A stretch of DNA of 63,724 bases, filler included, from Octopus bimaculoides (taxonomy: Eukaryota): NCBI RefSeq assembly GCF_001194135.2. It is 6 parts of 6 records of this genome, joined end to end, with 100 filler letters (N's around TTAATTAATTAA, not from the genome) between each part and the next. Parts side by side here need not be neighbours in the genome. Positions count along the whole stretch, not along the records: positions 22,601 to 32,533 come from NC_068988.1; positions 32,634 to 39,790 come from NC_068983.1; positions 39,891 to 43,219 come from NC_069006.1; 3 more parts are not named here. One strand, given 5' to 3'. The first letter of the stretch is position 1. Each line of letters begins with the position of its first letter. The position numbers were made by a program, and so were the translations under genes. The notes beneath the pieces are model-generated. The model ran no database searches and was not told where the DNA came from. It worked only from the letters and a program-made list of their open reading frames with translations. Below are positions 27,766-40,964 of this stretch, piece by piece.

Positions 27766-29560
27766 CATACATACACGCGCGCACACACACACATATATGT
27801 ATATGTATATGTATATGTGTGTGGTAAGAAGTTTGCTTTCCAATCACAAGGTTACGGGTTCAGTCCCTCTGCGTGGCACCTTGGGCAAGTGTCTTCTTCT
27901 ATAGCTTCGGGCTGACTACAGCCTTGTGAATGAATTTGGTAGATAGAAACTGAAAGACTCCCGTCGTATGTATATGTGTGTATATTTATGTGTGTGTGTG
28001 TGTGTGTGTCTTTTTCTTTCCCACCACTGCTTGTCAACTGATGTTGGTGTATTTACGTTCCTGTAACTTAGCGTTAGATAGAATAAATACTAGGCTTACA
28101 AGGAATAATTCCTGGGGTCGATTTCTTCGACTAAAATCCCTTTAAGGTGGAACTCCAGCATGGCCGCGGTCAAATGATCTGAAACAAGTAAAAGAGTAAT
28201 GTGTGTGTGTGTGTGTATGTGTGTATGTGTGTGTGTGTATGTGTGTGTGTACGTGTGTGTGATTGTATGTTCCTGTGTGTGTTTATGTAGATTTATATAT
28301 AAAGACGATCAAACTTTAATGGAAGGAATACTCAATATAGTTAAGTAGAGTATCACAAACTGACAGACTCTGATAGTTTGCTTGCTGAGTGCTTCCTGTC
28401 AGGATTAAGAAATGAATGTGTGAATAGAATTACGTTTTGTAACCGTGTGCCACAGATCCAGTTCGGGTTTTTTGCATGGAACCATCATTTAATTTGATCT
28501 AAGCCCGACACACCACACAATTAGCGAAACAAATCCTTTAACCCTACAAAGAGGAAAATAGATGGGGTTCTCCTGTAGCGGCCATGAGTAAGAATAGAGA
28601 TGTTATTTAATGAAATTAAGTAAGCTATTCGAGCTATTAAAATGTTTACAGAGGTAAAATACTTGAATCAAATTTTTAAAAATCTTTTGATATTTCAAAG
28701 ATTATAGAAAGATTATAGAACAAATCCTGGAATTTATTGCCTATGACAGTTTGAACTTTCAGGTCGTACTTCAGAATCTTTCTTGCTTTACTTTACTCTA
28801 AAAGTGTAAGGTTTTGCCAAATTCTGGCTTAACTCTTATTCTAATCACAATTTTGTAGTATGAAATTTAATATAAACGCATTGCAAGCACGAATATATTG
28901 ACAGGTTATCAATAGTTCAAACCTCTGTGACAGCTACAATTCTAATCCAGTTCCGACACCAAATCTAACCTTATCTTTAATATCCAAGCCATTATATTAT
29001 GCCAATTCCGACACCGAGATTTTTAACACCAAAGCTAACTCAGCTTCGTCTTAAGGCATGGCACACTAGCCAGCTGTCCAGGGGCCCCTCAACTCTAGGA
29101 CTCCGGTTCTAATCTGTTTATACTGTGGCTTGCTGTGAATTGATAAATTCTATAGGGCTCAGTGCATTGATTTGCCCGGAACCTATAATGCATCAATCAT
29201 AATACCAACTTTAATCAATGTCTAAAGCGATTTTTATGTCTCTTTCTCATTTTCTTCAAATCTAACCTCAGAACTCTAAATCTGAACTCTAAATCTGAAC
29301 CCAATCCTAATTCTAATCTCTAACCAAACTTCATCGCTTGACTCCCTAATCAAACCTCAACTTTAACACCAAACACATCCTTAATTCACATCATAATAAT
29401 TCACATCCTTAGAAACTTAACACTGAATGCAATAAGAATCGATTTGATGGCAGAGAAAAACTTCAAACTGCGACTAAGAAAAACTTCAGATTCACCGTTC
29501 TCAACAAACGTTTTGAGAGCATAAACACATTGTGCGTCTATATGTGTGTGTGTGTGTGTT

Positions 29561-29636
<76 letters not shown>

Positions 29637-30749
29637 TGTGTGTGTGAGTGTGTGTGTGCGTATTTGCAGAAGTATGTGTATATATGTACGTGTGTATGAA
29701 CAGAGATGAAATATTAATTTCAAATTTTAGCACAAGATCAGCAAGTTCAGATGAAGGGTTAAGTCGATTACATCGACAGCAGTACTCAATTGGTGCTAAT
29801 TTTTCGCCCTCTGTAAGGATTAAAGACAAAGTCGCCCTCGGTGGAATTTGAACTAGAAACATAAAGACGGATGAAATGCCGCTAAGCAATTTGCTCAGTG
29901 TTATAATGATTCTGCCAGCTCGCTGCCTTAACGAAACGATAAAAATTTCAAATTTGGGCATAAGACCAGTAACTTCAGGGAAGTAATCTAGTCGATTACA
30001 TAGACCCCCAGTGCTCAAATGGTTCTTATTTTATCGATTCTGAAAGGATAAAAGGCAAAGTAGAATCTGGCGGAATTTGAACGCAGAACGTAAAGTGGTA
30101 TGAAATGCCGCTAAGCATTTTGTCCGGCGTACTAATGATTCTACCTGGTCAGCAACTTCGGGGGAAGGGGCTAAGTTGATTACAGCCCAATACTGGTACT
30201 TACTTTCTCGACCCCCGAAAGGATGAAAAGCAAAATGAACCTCGATAAAATATCAAACACATGAAGACACCATGGCCGTCTGCCTGACTTCTCTTGCGCT
30301 ATAAAAACGTCCGTGTAAAATATGGGAGCTTTTTTCTGCCGCACACTGTAACAGTGATAGCAGCGGTGGTAGAGGAGGTAATGATGGTGGAAGCATAGCG
30401 GCGGTGTTGATGATATTCATGGTGATGGTCGTAGTAGTGGTGGTGTTGGTGGAGGTATTTGCTGTAATGTAATGTTTCATAGTGTTGATGAAGATAGTGG
30501 TGGTCGTGGTGGTGCTGGTGCTATTAACGGTGCAAGTGATGGCGGTGTTGGCGATGACATTGCCGTTCATGGTGACGCTGATGGTATTGATATTAGATAT
30601 CGTAACGGCGGTGCTGACAGTGGTGATAATGACAATAGTATTGGTTGCTATTATTGTTATTGTTGTTGCAGTTGTGGTGATGGCGGCGGCGGTGGTGGTG
30701 GTGGTGCTGCTGCTGCTGTGGTTCTTTATCCCAATATATTCTTTTCTAC

Positions 30750-31696
30750 TCTAGGCACAAGGCCCGAAATTTTGGGGGAGGAAGGGCCAATCGATTGGAT
30801 CGACCCCAATACGCAACTGGTACTTAATTTACGACCCCCGAAAGGATGAAAGGCAAAGTCGACCTCGGTGGAACTTGAACTCAGAACGTAAAGACAGGCG
30901 AAATACCGCTATACATTTCACCCGGCGTGCTAACGTTTCTTATTTCTTTATTGCCCACAAGGGGCTAAACATAGAAGGGACAAACAAGGACTGACAAAGG
31001 GATTAAGTCGATTACATCGACTCCAGTGCGTGACTGGTACTTAATTTATCGACCCCGAAAGGATGAAAGGCAAAGTGGACCTCGGCGGAATTTGGACACA
31101 GAACGTAAAGACAGACGAAATACCTATTTCGTTATTGCCCACAAGGGGCTAAACATAGAGGGAACAAACAAGAACAGACGAACGGATTAAGTCGATTACA
31201 TCGACCCCAGTGCGCAACTGGTACTTAATTTATCGACCCCGAAAGGATGAAAAGCAAAGTGGACCTCNNNNNNNNNNCTTATTTCTTTATTGCCCACAAG
31301 GGGCTAAACATAGAAGGGACAAACAAGGACTGACAAAGGGATTAAGTCGATTACATCGACTCCAGTGCGTGACTGGTACTTAATTTATCGACCCCGAAAG
31401 GATGAAAGGCAAAGTGGACCTCGGCGGAATTTGGACACAGAACGTAAAGACAGACGAAATACCTATTTCGTTATTGCCCACAAGGGGCTAAACATAGAGG
31501 GAACAAACAAGAACAGACGAACGGATTAAGTCGATTACATCGACCCCAGTGCGCAACTGGTACTTAATTTATCGACCCCGAAAGGATGAAAAGCAAAGTG
31601 GACCTCGGCGGAATTTGAACACAGAACGTAAAGACAGACGAAATACCGCTAAGCATATCGCCCGGCGAGATAACGTGTCTGCCAGTTCGCCGCCTT
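30750..31696 (-). mobile_element. Tandem array of SINE family C units with an alternative tail (tttgtcccctctatgtttagccccttgtgggcaataaag)
   Basis: ~180-190-bp units; the same tail variant occurs at 20330-20553; other minus-strand family C copies at 6070-6285 and 29745-30240. Confidence 0.88.
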
Positions 31697-32326
31697 TTTA
31701 TCCCAATAAATATATATTATATGCCTTATCGCTCCAGCAATGGAGGATTGGTCGAGGATAAACAATAGTGAAGCTACTTGCCTTAATCTACCCGTTAATA
31801 ACCATCGTCATAGCCGCTTGTCCTAAGAGAAATGAAAAAGAAAAAGGTGCAAAAGAGTGTACCCAGGTGGCAATGTATAGCTGGAGGAAATGAGCAGGGT
31901 GAACTACTCACACCGGAAGTCTGTACAGAAAACACACACATATATGACCACATGTATACACATACACGCACATACACACACATACTCACGCATATACGTA
32001 AGTACATATATATATATATATATATATACATACACACGCATATGTTCATTTATATATATACCCATATACACACAGACATGTGCAGCCATACATCCACATA
32101 TACACTTAGCTATATATACATGCACCAGAGCAAGTATAAACTGACATGTTTATACATACACGAACACATATATATTCACTGGCACATACATACATACATA
32201 CATACATACATACATACATACTGATGGACACCGATATTCAAACAAATCTCTTGCTATACAGACATACATTCACACACACACAGCGCGCAAACACACGCGT
32301 ATACACACGTACACTACCCACACTCC

Positions 32327-32369
<43 letters not shown>

Positions 32370-32385
32370 CATGTATGTATGTATG

Positions 32386-32421
<36 letters not shown>

Positions 32422-32633
32422 GTATCATTTAGAAGTTCAGAACTTCGTTTCACAACCATTTGTTCCGGGTTCGATATCAGCGCAAGGCACTTACAGACAT
32501 TATCTTGTCAGTGCATACATATATGTTTTTGAGNNNNNNNNNNNNNNNNNNNNNNNNNNNNNNNNNNNNNNNNNNNNTTAATTAATTAANNNNNNNNNNN
32601 NNNNNNNNNNNNNNNNNNNNNNNNNNNNNNNNN

Positions 32634-32670
<37 letters not shown>

Positions 32671-33063
32671 AATCATAGTCATGGCCATTGCTAGTGTCAT
32701 GTGAATGGCACCCATGAAATTGCAATCGTGGCCATTACTGGTAGCATGATCTTCAAATGTTGGGCCTCATGGAGGTGATGACAAATGACTGAGACCTTTG
32801 GTGATATTTGAGAAGACTCATTAAGCCAAGTGAAATTGTAGTCATGGTCATTGCCAGTGTCATATAAATGGCACCTGTGCTAGTGGCACATAAAAAGCAT
32901 CCATTACACTCTTGGAGTGGCTGGCATTAGGAAGGGCATCCAGCTGTACAAACCATGCCAAATCAGCCTGGAACCTGGTGCAGCCCTCCAGCTTACCAAT
33001 TCCAGTCAAACCGTCTAACCCATGCCAGCATGGAAAGCAGACGTTAAATGATAATGATGACAA

Positions 33064-33101
<38 letters not shown>

Positions 33102-33881
33102 GGTGAGCAAAAGGAAAGAGGCAAGCATTTAGCAAGTTGACTTATCAACTTGGTGAAATCTTTTCATTTGTTGAAGAGTCCCTTAAGACAGGCATGTAAC
33201 TGTTAAGAATATATATAAAATTTGAAGGAAATATTCTGACTCTGTTCTGGAGATTCGCCTTGCCTACTTAACATTATTGAATCTAGACCTAAGCACTGTT
33301 TGTTTTTTTTATTTTATGGGTTCCCTTCACAAGTAACATTTTTTTAAAATCACATTGTATCTAATGTTAGTTGTTACAATTAATGTTAAAAAATTAATGT
33401 AATTTCAGTCATTAGAAAACTAATAACAAAAAAGTCATATGAACTTGACAACTGTTGTGTCATATAAAATGCACTGGTGTAGGTGCTGGTGCCACATAAA
33501 AAGCACAGGTGATGGAGCCACATAAAAAGCACAGGTGATGGAGCCACATAAAAAGCACAGGTGATGGTGCCATGTAAAATATGCCCATTGCACTCTGAAA
33601 ATGGTTGACATTAAGAAAGGCATCCAGCCATAGAAACCAAGCCAAAACAGACTATGGAACCTGGTGTGACTCCTGGCTGTCCAACCCATGCTAGCATGGA
33701 AAACAGATACTAACTTAATGATGGTGATAATTAAATTTATGTACAATTTCCAACACACATTTAGTAAAAATACAATATTGCAGCAAAATTAATTGAAAAA
33801 AAGAATTACATTTGCATATTTGAAATGTTAGCAATCCTTTAAAATATTATAAACACAAAGTAAATAAGGATTGGAACTTAC

Positions 33882-34024
33882 TTGAATTTTTGTGAAGAAT
33901 CACTGAGAACTAATTCAAGAGCATTTAGGATATCAGGAACAAGAATCTGAGCTCCTGCCAAATCTACTCGCAAGAGGTCACAAGAATTAAACAAGATACT
34001 TGATAGCACTTCGTTACTCATGCT
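33882..34024 (-). CDS. RALGAPB: RALGAPB internal exon (SMSNEVLSSILFNSCDLLRVDLAGAQILVPDILNALELVLSDSSQKF)
   Basis: Similar to human [44 protein letters not shown]; ttttgcag acceptor, gtaagt donor; 143 nt, phase 0-2, in frame with the previous exon. Confidence 0.92.
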
Positions 34025-35245
34025 CTGCAAAAAAGCAAAGTAACAACAATTATGTTTTATTTTAAGAGAAGGAATATTTGCAGCTATCCATGAATTCCCT
34101 CTATTTTTGTTATTCTCCTGTTTTACTCCACTCCCAGATTACTGGCTACTGATAAAGTCTGAGCCACTTCCTCCAATTCTAATAAGAATGAGGTTTTGAG
34201 CCAATTTGGGCACTTGATATGCTAGAAATAGTACCCTAGTCTCCCTCAAATCACACAGTAACTACTTGAAAGAAGAGAGGTATTGAATAATGTAGTCCCA
34301 GATACACTGTACTTGAAAGAAAAGATGGGATGCCATTGCTGAATTGCTTTTGATCATAGGTCTGCTTAATCAAGGCTGACTTGGAACTGATCAACTACAA
34401 GTTTTATATGTCAGAAAGCTTTTCCTTATAGGAATTTTGGCCTGGCTTGTGTGTGAAATTAAAGAGATGTAAAGTGTACCTATTTGTCATTTGTTGACAC
34501 TGAAGTTACGATTACCATATATATAGTGAGCACTCTGTTACATGTTAGTACAATATGCAGTGGACAATAGGGAGAATTTATAAGGAAGAAGCTATAATTA
34601 CTTTATGTTTGAAGTTAACTTCCATAATCTGCAACAAGAGAGTGTTCAAAGTAACCATAGAAAGATTATGACATTTAAGTATTCCATTTAATTTTTTTTC
34701 TATTTCATTTCTTTAAGATAATCAAAAGGTTGTGGAAGTTTGTGTAAATGTACTTCAATTAGAACCAATTTGAAAGTTGACCACTGACTCCAGTTAACTA
34801 AAGCCTAATCGCTGAAGTAATACACAACACAAAGTTCTTGAATTCAAATCCACTGCAGAGGTTTTGTTGAGCATAGCACCTTTCAGATTACTTGGTTATA
34901 AAGGAATATATAGTACTAGATTTTTAAAAGCCCCTTCAAGCTTTTGTATGTATAGGAAAATATTCTATTTGTTACATGCATTGGAAAAATGTTCATGCAA
35001 TACAATTGGAAACATTCAGTTGAAACAGCATAATATGACATGTACAGAAAGTCTTTGTTAGAAACTCAACGTTTGGGCTAATTTTTTACATATCAAATAC
35101 ATATTCAGGTGAAGTGGTGTGTCTTCTTCCTCGATCATTTCAGGCTGAATATGCAGCTGTGAAACAGCTATTAGGAGATGCCAACTCTATCCAAGACACT
35201 CAGCATTTTTGGTGCTCAATTTGGCTGTATTTGAGATATTAAGAT

Positions 35246-35614
35246 TGTTGGCACTCCGTGGCTTATGACTTCGAGGGTTCCAGTTGATCCGATCAACGGA
35301 ACAGCCAGCTCGTGAAATTAACGTGCAAGTGGCTGAGCACTCCACACACATGTGTACCCTTAACGTAGTTCTCGGGGATATTCAGCATGACACAGTGTGA
35401 CAAGGCTGACCCTTTGAATTACAGGCACAACAGAAACAGGAAGTAAGAGTGAGAGAGAGTTGTAGTGAAAGAGTACAGCAGGGTTCGCCACCATGCCCTG
35501 CCAGAGCCTCGTGGAGCTTAAGGTGTTTTCGCTCAATAAACACTCACAACTCCCAGTCTGGGAATCGAAACCGCGAGTCCGCTGCCCTAACCACTGGGCC
35601 ATTGCGCCTCCACC
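35246..35614 (-). mobile_element. tRNA-derived SINE family A (ggaggcgcaatggcccagtgg...gagtgccaacaa), full length with TSD
   Basis: A/B boxes; TSD gatattaagat at 35235-35245 and 35615-35625. Confidence 0.9.
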
Positions 35615-35645
35615 GATATTAAGATAGATACTAGAGAAAACTTAC

Positions 35646-35881
35646 ATCATCTGTCTGTAGTCCATAATACATAGTAATGTAGAACCGAGCATAATACACT
35701 GGTAGAATTTCTTCACCAGTACGATGAGCACAGAATATCCGGCAGAGTGTTCCACAAGCTTCAGCCCGTCCACATTCGTAAGTGTTGTCAGCAATGCGGT
35801 TCTTATCTGAACAGTAATCCACAGCTAAAGAGCTATGTCGACTTTCACTCAAAGAATTGGTCCGTCTATCTTGTTTCTGGG
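35646..35881 (-). CDS. RALGAPB: RALGAPB internal exon (...[45 protein letters not shown])
   Basis: Match to recalled human [34 protein letters not shown]; ttttcag acceptor, gtaagt donor; 236 nt, phase 1-0. Confidence 0.95.
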
Positions 35882-36778
35882 CTGAAAATGAAATAAAGTA
35901 AACAAAAATAAAAGTGTTAATAACATGGATGTGAATATTAGAATTAATGCCTTGAAATAAACTAAAAGTAATACCATTGTATTTAATCATTAATGGCAAA
36001 CTAACAGGATTGTAAAAAAACAAACAAACAAAAAAACAGAATATAGTGGATTTGATTATGTCCAATGTTGTGAACGTCAGAAATAACCCCAGAATGGTTA
36101 AATAGTGATTAAAAGAAAATATTAAATAAGGTAACATTCTTGGAATCAGGAAGTAAGGGAAACGACTCTGATGTTTAGGTTTCGTCAGCGATGTACTATT
36201 TTTATCATTATTCCACCGAAATCGACTTTGCCTTTCATCCTTTCAGGGTCAATAAATTAAGTACCAGTTGCATACTGGGATCCATCTAATTGACTGGCCC
36301 CCTCCCCTAAAATTTTGGGCCTTGTGCCTAGAGTAGAAAAGATTATTTTCATCATTGCTTGCTAGTACTAAAAGGAACTAGTCTTATGATATAGAACATA
36401 AGAAAAAAAATATAATAATAAATAATTGTAAACTAAAAATGACCTACAAGAGGTGGTGTTGCCAATTTTCTGCAAAAACATGTCTGGTCATGGAGGAATA
36501 TTATCTTGGAAACAAGTGAAGGTTGGCAACAGAAAAGCATATTGGTATAGAAAAACTCTCAATGAATTCTGCCTAACCCATGCAATCATGGAAAAGTGGA
36601 TGATGTTGGTATCAACGGTAAAATGATGATGATGGTATCAATACAAATAAATTCATCAATGTTGTTAATGTCTGACTTGTTTCTCATTTACTTTAAATCT
36701 GTATGGCTTCCACATTAACAGTTCTTTGATTGTACATTAATCATGAAATGTAAAGTACCATTTCACTAATATACATAC

Positions 36779-36991
36779 CTGTTTCACTGTGACAAGGATG
36801 CAACATAACTCCAGCCAAAGCTGCCTCAAAAAGCCAGGCACCAAAAAGATTCAAAATACTATTACATTGAGGACGGTTAGGTGCCATTGTGAGACTGCAG
36901 TCCAACAGGAGTTGACCTGTGCCTATTGAAGGTGTTAGCGGTGAAGCCATTTTGCATAAATTAGATGATGTTGATGAAGACTTGGAGGAAG
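36779..36991 (-). CDS. RALGAPB: RALGAPB internal exon (...[30 protein letters not shown]...)
   Basis: Close match to recalled human [22 protein letters not shown]; atttcag acceptor, gtatgt donor; 213 nt, phase 1-1. Confidence 0.93.
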
Positions 36992-38044
36992 CTGAAATAA
37001 TATTATAAAGAAATTAGAAAAAATTAAAGTGCAGGAAAATAAAAAAGTACAAACTTTTTTTTTTTAATTATTCCACATGTAATTATGATATAAGTTCAAA
37101 AGAAATACATATAACAGTTTATTGACGCACTATAATTCCCTAAGATGAAGTGCTGTTGTTTACAAACAAATATAATTCTCTTTATTTGTCAGTATTGCCA
37201 TGTTTTATTCAATCTGAACACTGGCGTTAGATGATGTTAGTGGATGGTGTACAGTGGTAAACTGAACTTCAGTGCTTAATTGACAAACTCACATACAGTG
37301 TGCTCACAGAGATATGGCTCTTCTTATGCTTAATTGACACATTCTCCGTGTACAGACACAAAGACATGCGTGTATACATATTGAGGTGTTAAGCTAAATA
37401 AAATCCCTGTCCTCCACACACACAGGCTTGTCCTTTCAGGTGATGGTGCCACATAAAAAGCACCCATGCCAGTGGCACATACAAATCATCCAGCACACTC
37501 TGTTAAATGGTTAGTCAGGATGGGTATCCAGCCATAGAAACCATGCTACAATAGACAGCTCCCTGTCAACTATCCAACCCATGCCAGCCTGGAAAGCGGA
37601 TGTATGATGATGATGATGACAACAGCTATAGCATATAGACAACTTTGTATACACATGTACACATTCCTGCATATACAAACATAACAATGTCCATACATAC
37701 TGAAATAGAAACACACACGCACACACACACATCTCTGTAAATACATTTCCCATGTACAGAATCTTTACATTAATTTTTGTCAAATAATTAAGATTATGAC
37801 TTATTTTCCAAATTTCCCTGCTTCTTTCTGGTGTTAAATCTGCTCTTCCTGTTGATTATTGAAAGAAAATGTTTAATCTTTTGACACCAATGCTCCTGAG
37901 ACCATCTATGTTTCTATGATAATATAAGCTTCCTGCTTGAAAGTGACTTATTTTAAAGGTTTCCATCAAAATTTTATGTAAATTTAAGTTCTAAACATCA
38001 GCTTCATAATGACAAAATGATTTTACTAAATTCTTCATTATTTT

Positions 38045-38392
38045 CAAAATCGAGCGAGATCGATTTTCGAGCAAGATCGATTTTCGAGCGAGATCGATTT
38101 TTGAGCGAGATCGTTGCCGGTGCCCCTGGACTGGCTCTTGTGCGGGTGGCACATAAAATACACCATTTTGAGCGTGGCCATTGCCAGTACCGCCTGACTG
38201 GCCTTTGTGCGGGTGACACGTAAAAGCACCCACTACACTCTCTGAGTGGTTGACATTAGGAAGGGCATCCAGCTGTAGAAACTCTGCCAAATCAGATTGG
38301 AGCCTGGTTTTGCCATCCGGTTTCACCAGTCCTCAGTCAAATCGTCCAACCCATGCCAGCATGGAAAGCGGACGTTAAACGATGATGATGAT
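38045..38392 (+). mobile_element. SINE-like family D with (GAT)n tail (...ggttggcgttaggaagggcatccagctgtagaaa...catggaaagcggacgttaaacgatgatg)
   Basis: Recurs at 17395-17780, 32680-33062, 33440-33725 and 37430-37620; the 5' end carries an 18-bp tandem cgagcgagatcgattttt. Confidence 0.88.
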
Positions 38393-38662
38393 TAAAACAA
38401 AAGCAGTGTATTTCAATAATATGTTGTAGCAAGGTGGTTAAGGTCGGTAGAAAACAATGGCCTCAATAAATTGAAACATTTTTTTTTGACTATATAGTTA
38501 CTTGAAATAACTATATAAAAAAAAAATAGTCTCCAGGATACCAACTATAGCGTCATATACAAACATTAAATAGAGCAACAATGATTTATATTTTGATTCT
38601 GAAAGAGTACTCTTTTATATTACAAAAAAAACTTATTAAGACTAATAAGAATCATTAGTTAC

Positions 38663-38806
38663 TTTTTTGGGTGAGTGGTGCTGTAACAGCAGAGAAAGGT
38701 CTCATGGGTGGTTTCCGTTGACCAGGTGGAGTACATGCTGTGCTGGAAGTTCGAGTATTAGATGTATTTGTAGAATTAGCTAAATCCTTAGTACACTGGG
38801 GAATAC
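38663..38806 (-). CDS. RALGAPB: Ral GTPase-activating protein subunit beta, internal exon (GIPQCTKDLANSTNTSNTRTSSTACTPPGQRKPPMRPFSAVTAPLTQK)
   Basis: ttatttcag acceptor, gtaact donor; 144 nt, phase 1-1, open frame; fits the low-complexity region preceding the next exon in human RALGAPB (GISRPRSDSAPPTP...TPP..RRHRAVT). Confidence 0.8.
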
Positions 38807-39049
38807 CTGAAATAAATAGACAATATGGTTAAAAATGCTGACTTCTATATTAATAGATAAAACCTTGTACATATATATGCACTTTCTGTCCAGTTGTTTA
38901 GCTGCTTAGTAGAAAATCTTAGAAAATGTTTGATACAGATGTAACTTAATTCATTCTGGGAGAAAGGGTTTAGATTAATCCTTACACGAAGTACTCCAAT
39001 AATGGAGCTACTGAAAAACCTTTTATGACTACACAGTTAATCCCTTCTT

Positions 39050-39752
39050 TGTGGACATACAGTTAACCCATTCTAATAATAGTACAGGCGTCCATCATAT
39101 TATGGAATCATTGTTTTTCTGATCAGCTGTTAGGGAGATTTTGAGCCATTCATCAAGTGAAACCTGCTTTAGCTACTTCAATGATGATGTCAGAGGCAAG
39201 TGGCTTCTCATTTGCTGCTTCAAAATGCATCATGTCTGATTATATTGAGAGCCAGTGGTTGTGGAGGAACTAATCCAAGTGATCTACTTCACTTCTGTGT
39301 TCTTTGTATCACTTTTGAATAACATTAGCCATGTAAATTGAAGCATTTATTGATCAGGATGATTGTACTACCATCAGAGAAACAATGTTCATTTCATAGG
39401 ATGAACATGATCACCCAAAGTACTCAGACAATCCTTGGTGTTAAATTTGTCATGCAGAACAATTAAAGAGGCAAGAGAATTCTGTGATACAGCTGGCCAC
39501 ATAATCACAGAGCCACTTCCATACTTCATGATAGGAACTAAAAAGTCAGGGTTGAAGGCTTCTTTGAGATGTCTCCAAAGTTGCTCTGAAGTGAGAAAAA
39601 GGGTGACTGATGATTCAACACTTGTAACACTTGTAAGACAGAAAATAAAAGTTGATTGTGAATAAATACTCGTGACTTAGCTGGAGTTTTCTATTGCTTT
39701 TCCTAATTAAAATATTGCGTAATGAAATTGGTTCATTGTTTTTGAATAACCC

Positions 39753-39756
<4 letters not shown>
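39050..39756 (-). mobile_element. Decayed Tc1-like element
   Basis: LGDHVHPM..TLF motif followed by remnants of QDDNAPIH and WPxQSPDLNII; caggg-ttattcaaa terminus-like sequence at the right end. Confidence 0.7.
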
Positions 39757-39790
<34 letters not shown>

Positions 39791-40342
39791 NNNNNNNNNN
39801 NNNNNNNNNNNNNNNNNNNNNNNNNNNNNNNNNNTTAATTAATTAANNNNNNNNNNNNNNNNNNNNNNNNNNNNNNNNNNNNNNNNNNNNATATATGTGT
39901 GTGTGTGTGTGTGTATATATATATTTATATATACATGTATATATATATATATATATATAGCTGTCTAAGAATCCATAAGTTGACATCAAAAACTTCAAGA
40001 TCTCCACATTGATTCAGGAAAATGTTACCTTCCGACGTGAAGAAAACCATAACGAAAGCCTTGTTAGAAATGCCTCAGGATCCTACTTGGCATCAAAAAC
40101 TTTGACATCTCCACATTGATTTAGGATAACTGGGTGGGCCCTAACAGATGCTATTACTCTGGGGTCAGACTAGACAAGGGAACAATAGTGTCTAAGAGGT
40201 CATAACTGGGTGGGCCCTAACAGGTGCTATTACTCTGGGGTCAGACTAGACCAGGGAACATGGTCCTACTATCAGATGCAGTTTCAAGTTATATATCCAA
40301 GGACATAAGTATTTGTAGGATAATTAATCAAATAGTACTTAC

Positions 40343-40429
40343 TAAACATGAGAGTGCAAATCCGGCTAATAATATATACATTGTCCATGAAAACTGTTGG
40401 CAGATATAACCATAGATGAAACCAACCAC
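40343..40429 (-). CDS. SPCS1: SPCS1 exon [29 protein letters not shown]
   Basis: Matches [29 protein letters not shown]; ttttag acceptor, gtaagt donor; 87 nt, phase 0-0. First and last exons not found in the window. Confidence 0.92.
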
Positions 40430-40565
40430 CTAAAATTAAAAAAGTTAAATCACAATCAATAATTAGGTTTGACATGTAAATTGGAATCAATTTAATTGGA
40501 CTGATTAACCTCTCTTCCTAATTGTCAGGTTTTGTGCCTTTATTGGAAGCAATTATTATTAGGTT

Positions 40566-40964
40566 GGTGCAGGAGTGGCTGTGTGGTAAGTAGCTTGCTT
40601 ACCAACCACATGGTTCCGGGTTCAATCCCACTGCATGGCACCTTGGGCAAGTGTCTTCTACTATAGCCTTGGGCCGACCAAAGCCTTGTGAGTGGATTTG
40701 GTAGACGGAAACTGGAAGAAGTCTGTCGTATATGTATATATATATGTATATGTATGTGTCTGTGTTTATCCCCCCCCAACATTGCTTGACAACCGATGCT
40801 GGTGTGTTTATGTCCCCGTAACTTAGCGGTTCATCAAAAGTGACCAATAGAATAAATACTAGGCTTACAAAGAATAAGCTCTGGGGCCGATTTGCTCGAC
40901 TAAAGGCGGTGCTCCAGCATGGCCGCAATCAAATGACTGAAACAAGAAAAAGAGTAAAAGAGTA
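40566..40964 (+). mobile_element. tRNA-derived SINE family B (CORE-like), in the SPCS1 intron
   Basis: ggagtggctgtgtggtaag head, gggttcaatccc B box, ggcaccttgggcaagtgtctt CORE-like block, (AAAGAGT)n tail; partial copy at 41283-41525. Confidence 0.9.

Noticed and set aside
28433-28498. Minus-strand exon candidate IKLNDGSMQKTRTGSVAHGYK
   Set aside because: Weak acceptor and no recognisable homology; not the expected next RALGAPB exon.
28900-29420. Telomere-like ctaacc repeats
   Set aside because: Highly degenerate, with no TTAGGG array.
30750-31696. Regular repeat array superficially like CRISPR
   Set aside because: Units are whole SINE copies without unique spacers; the context is eukaryotic and no cas genes are present.
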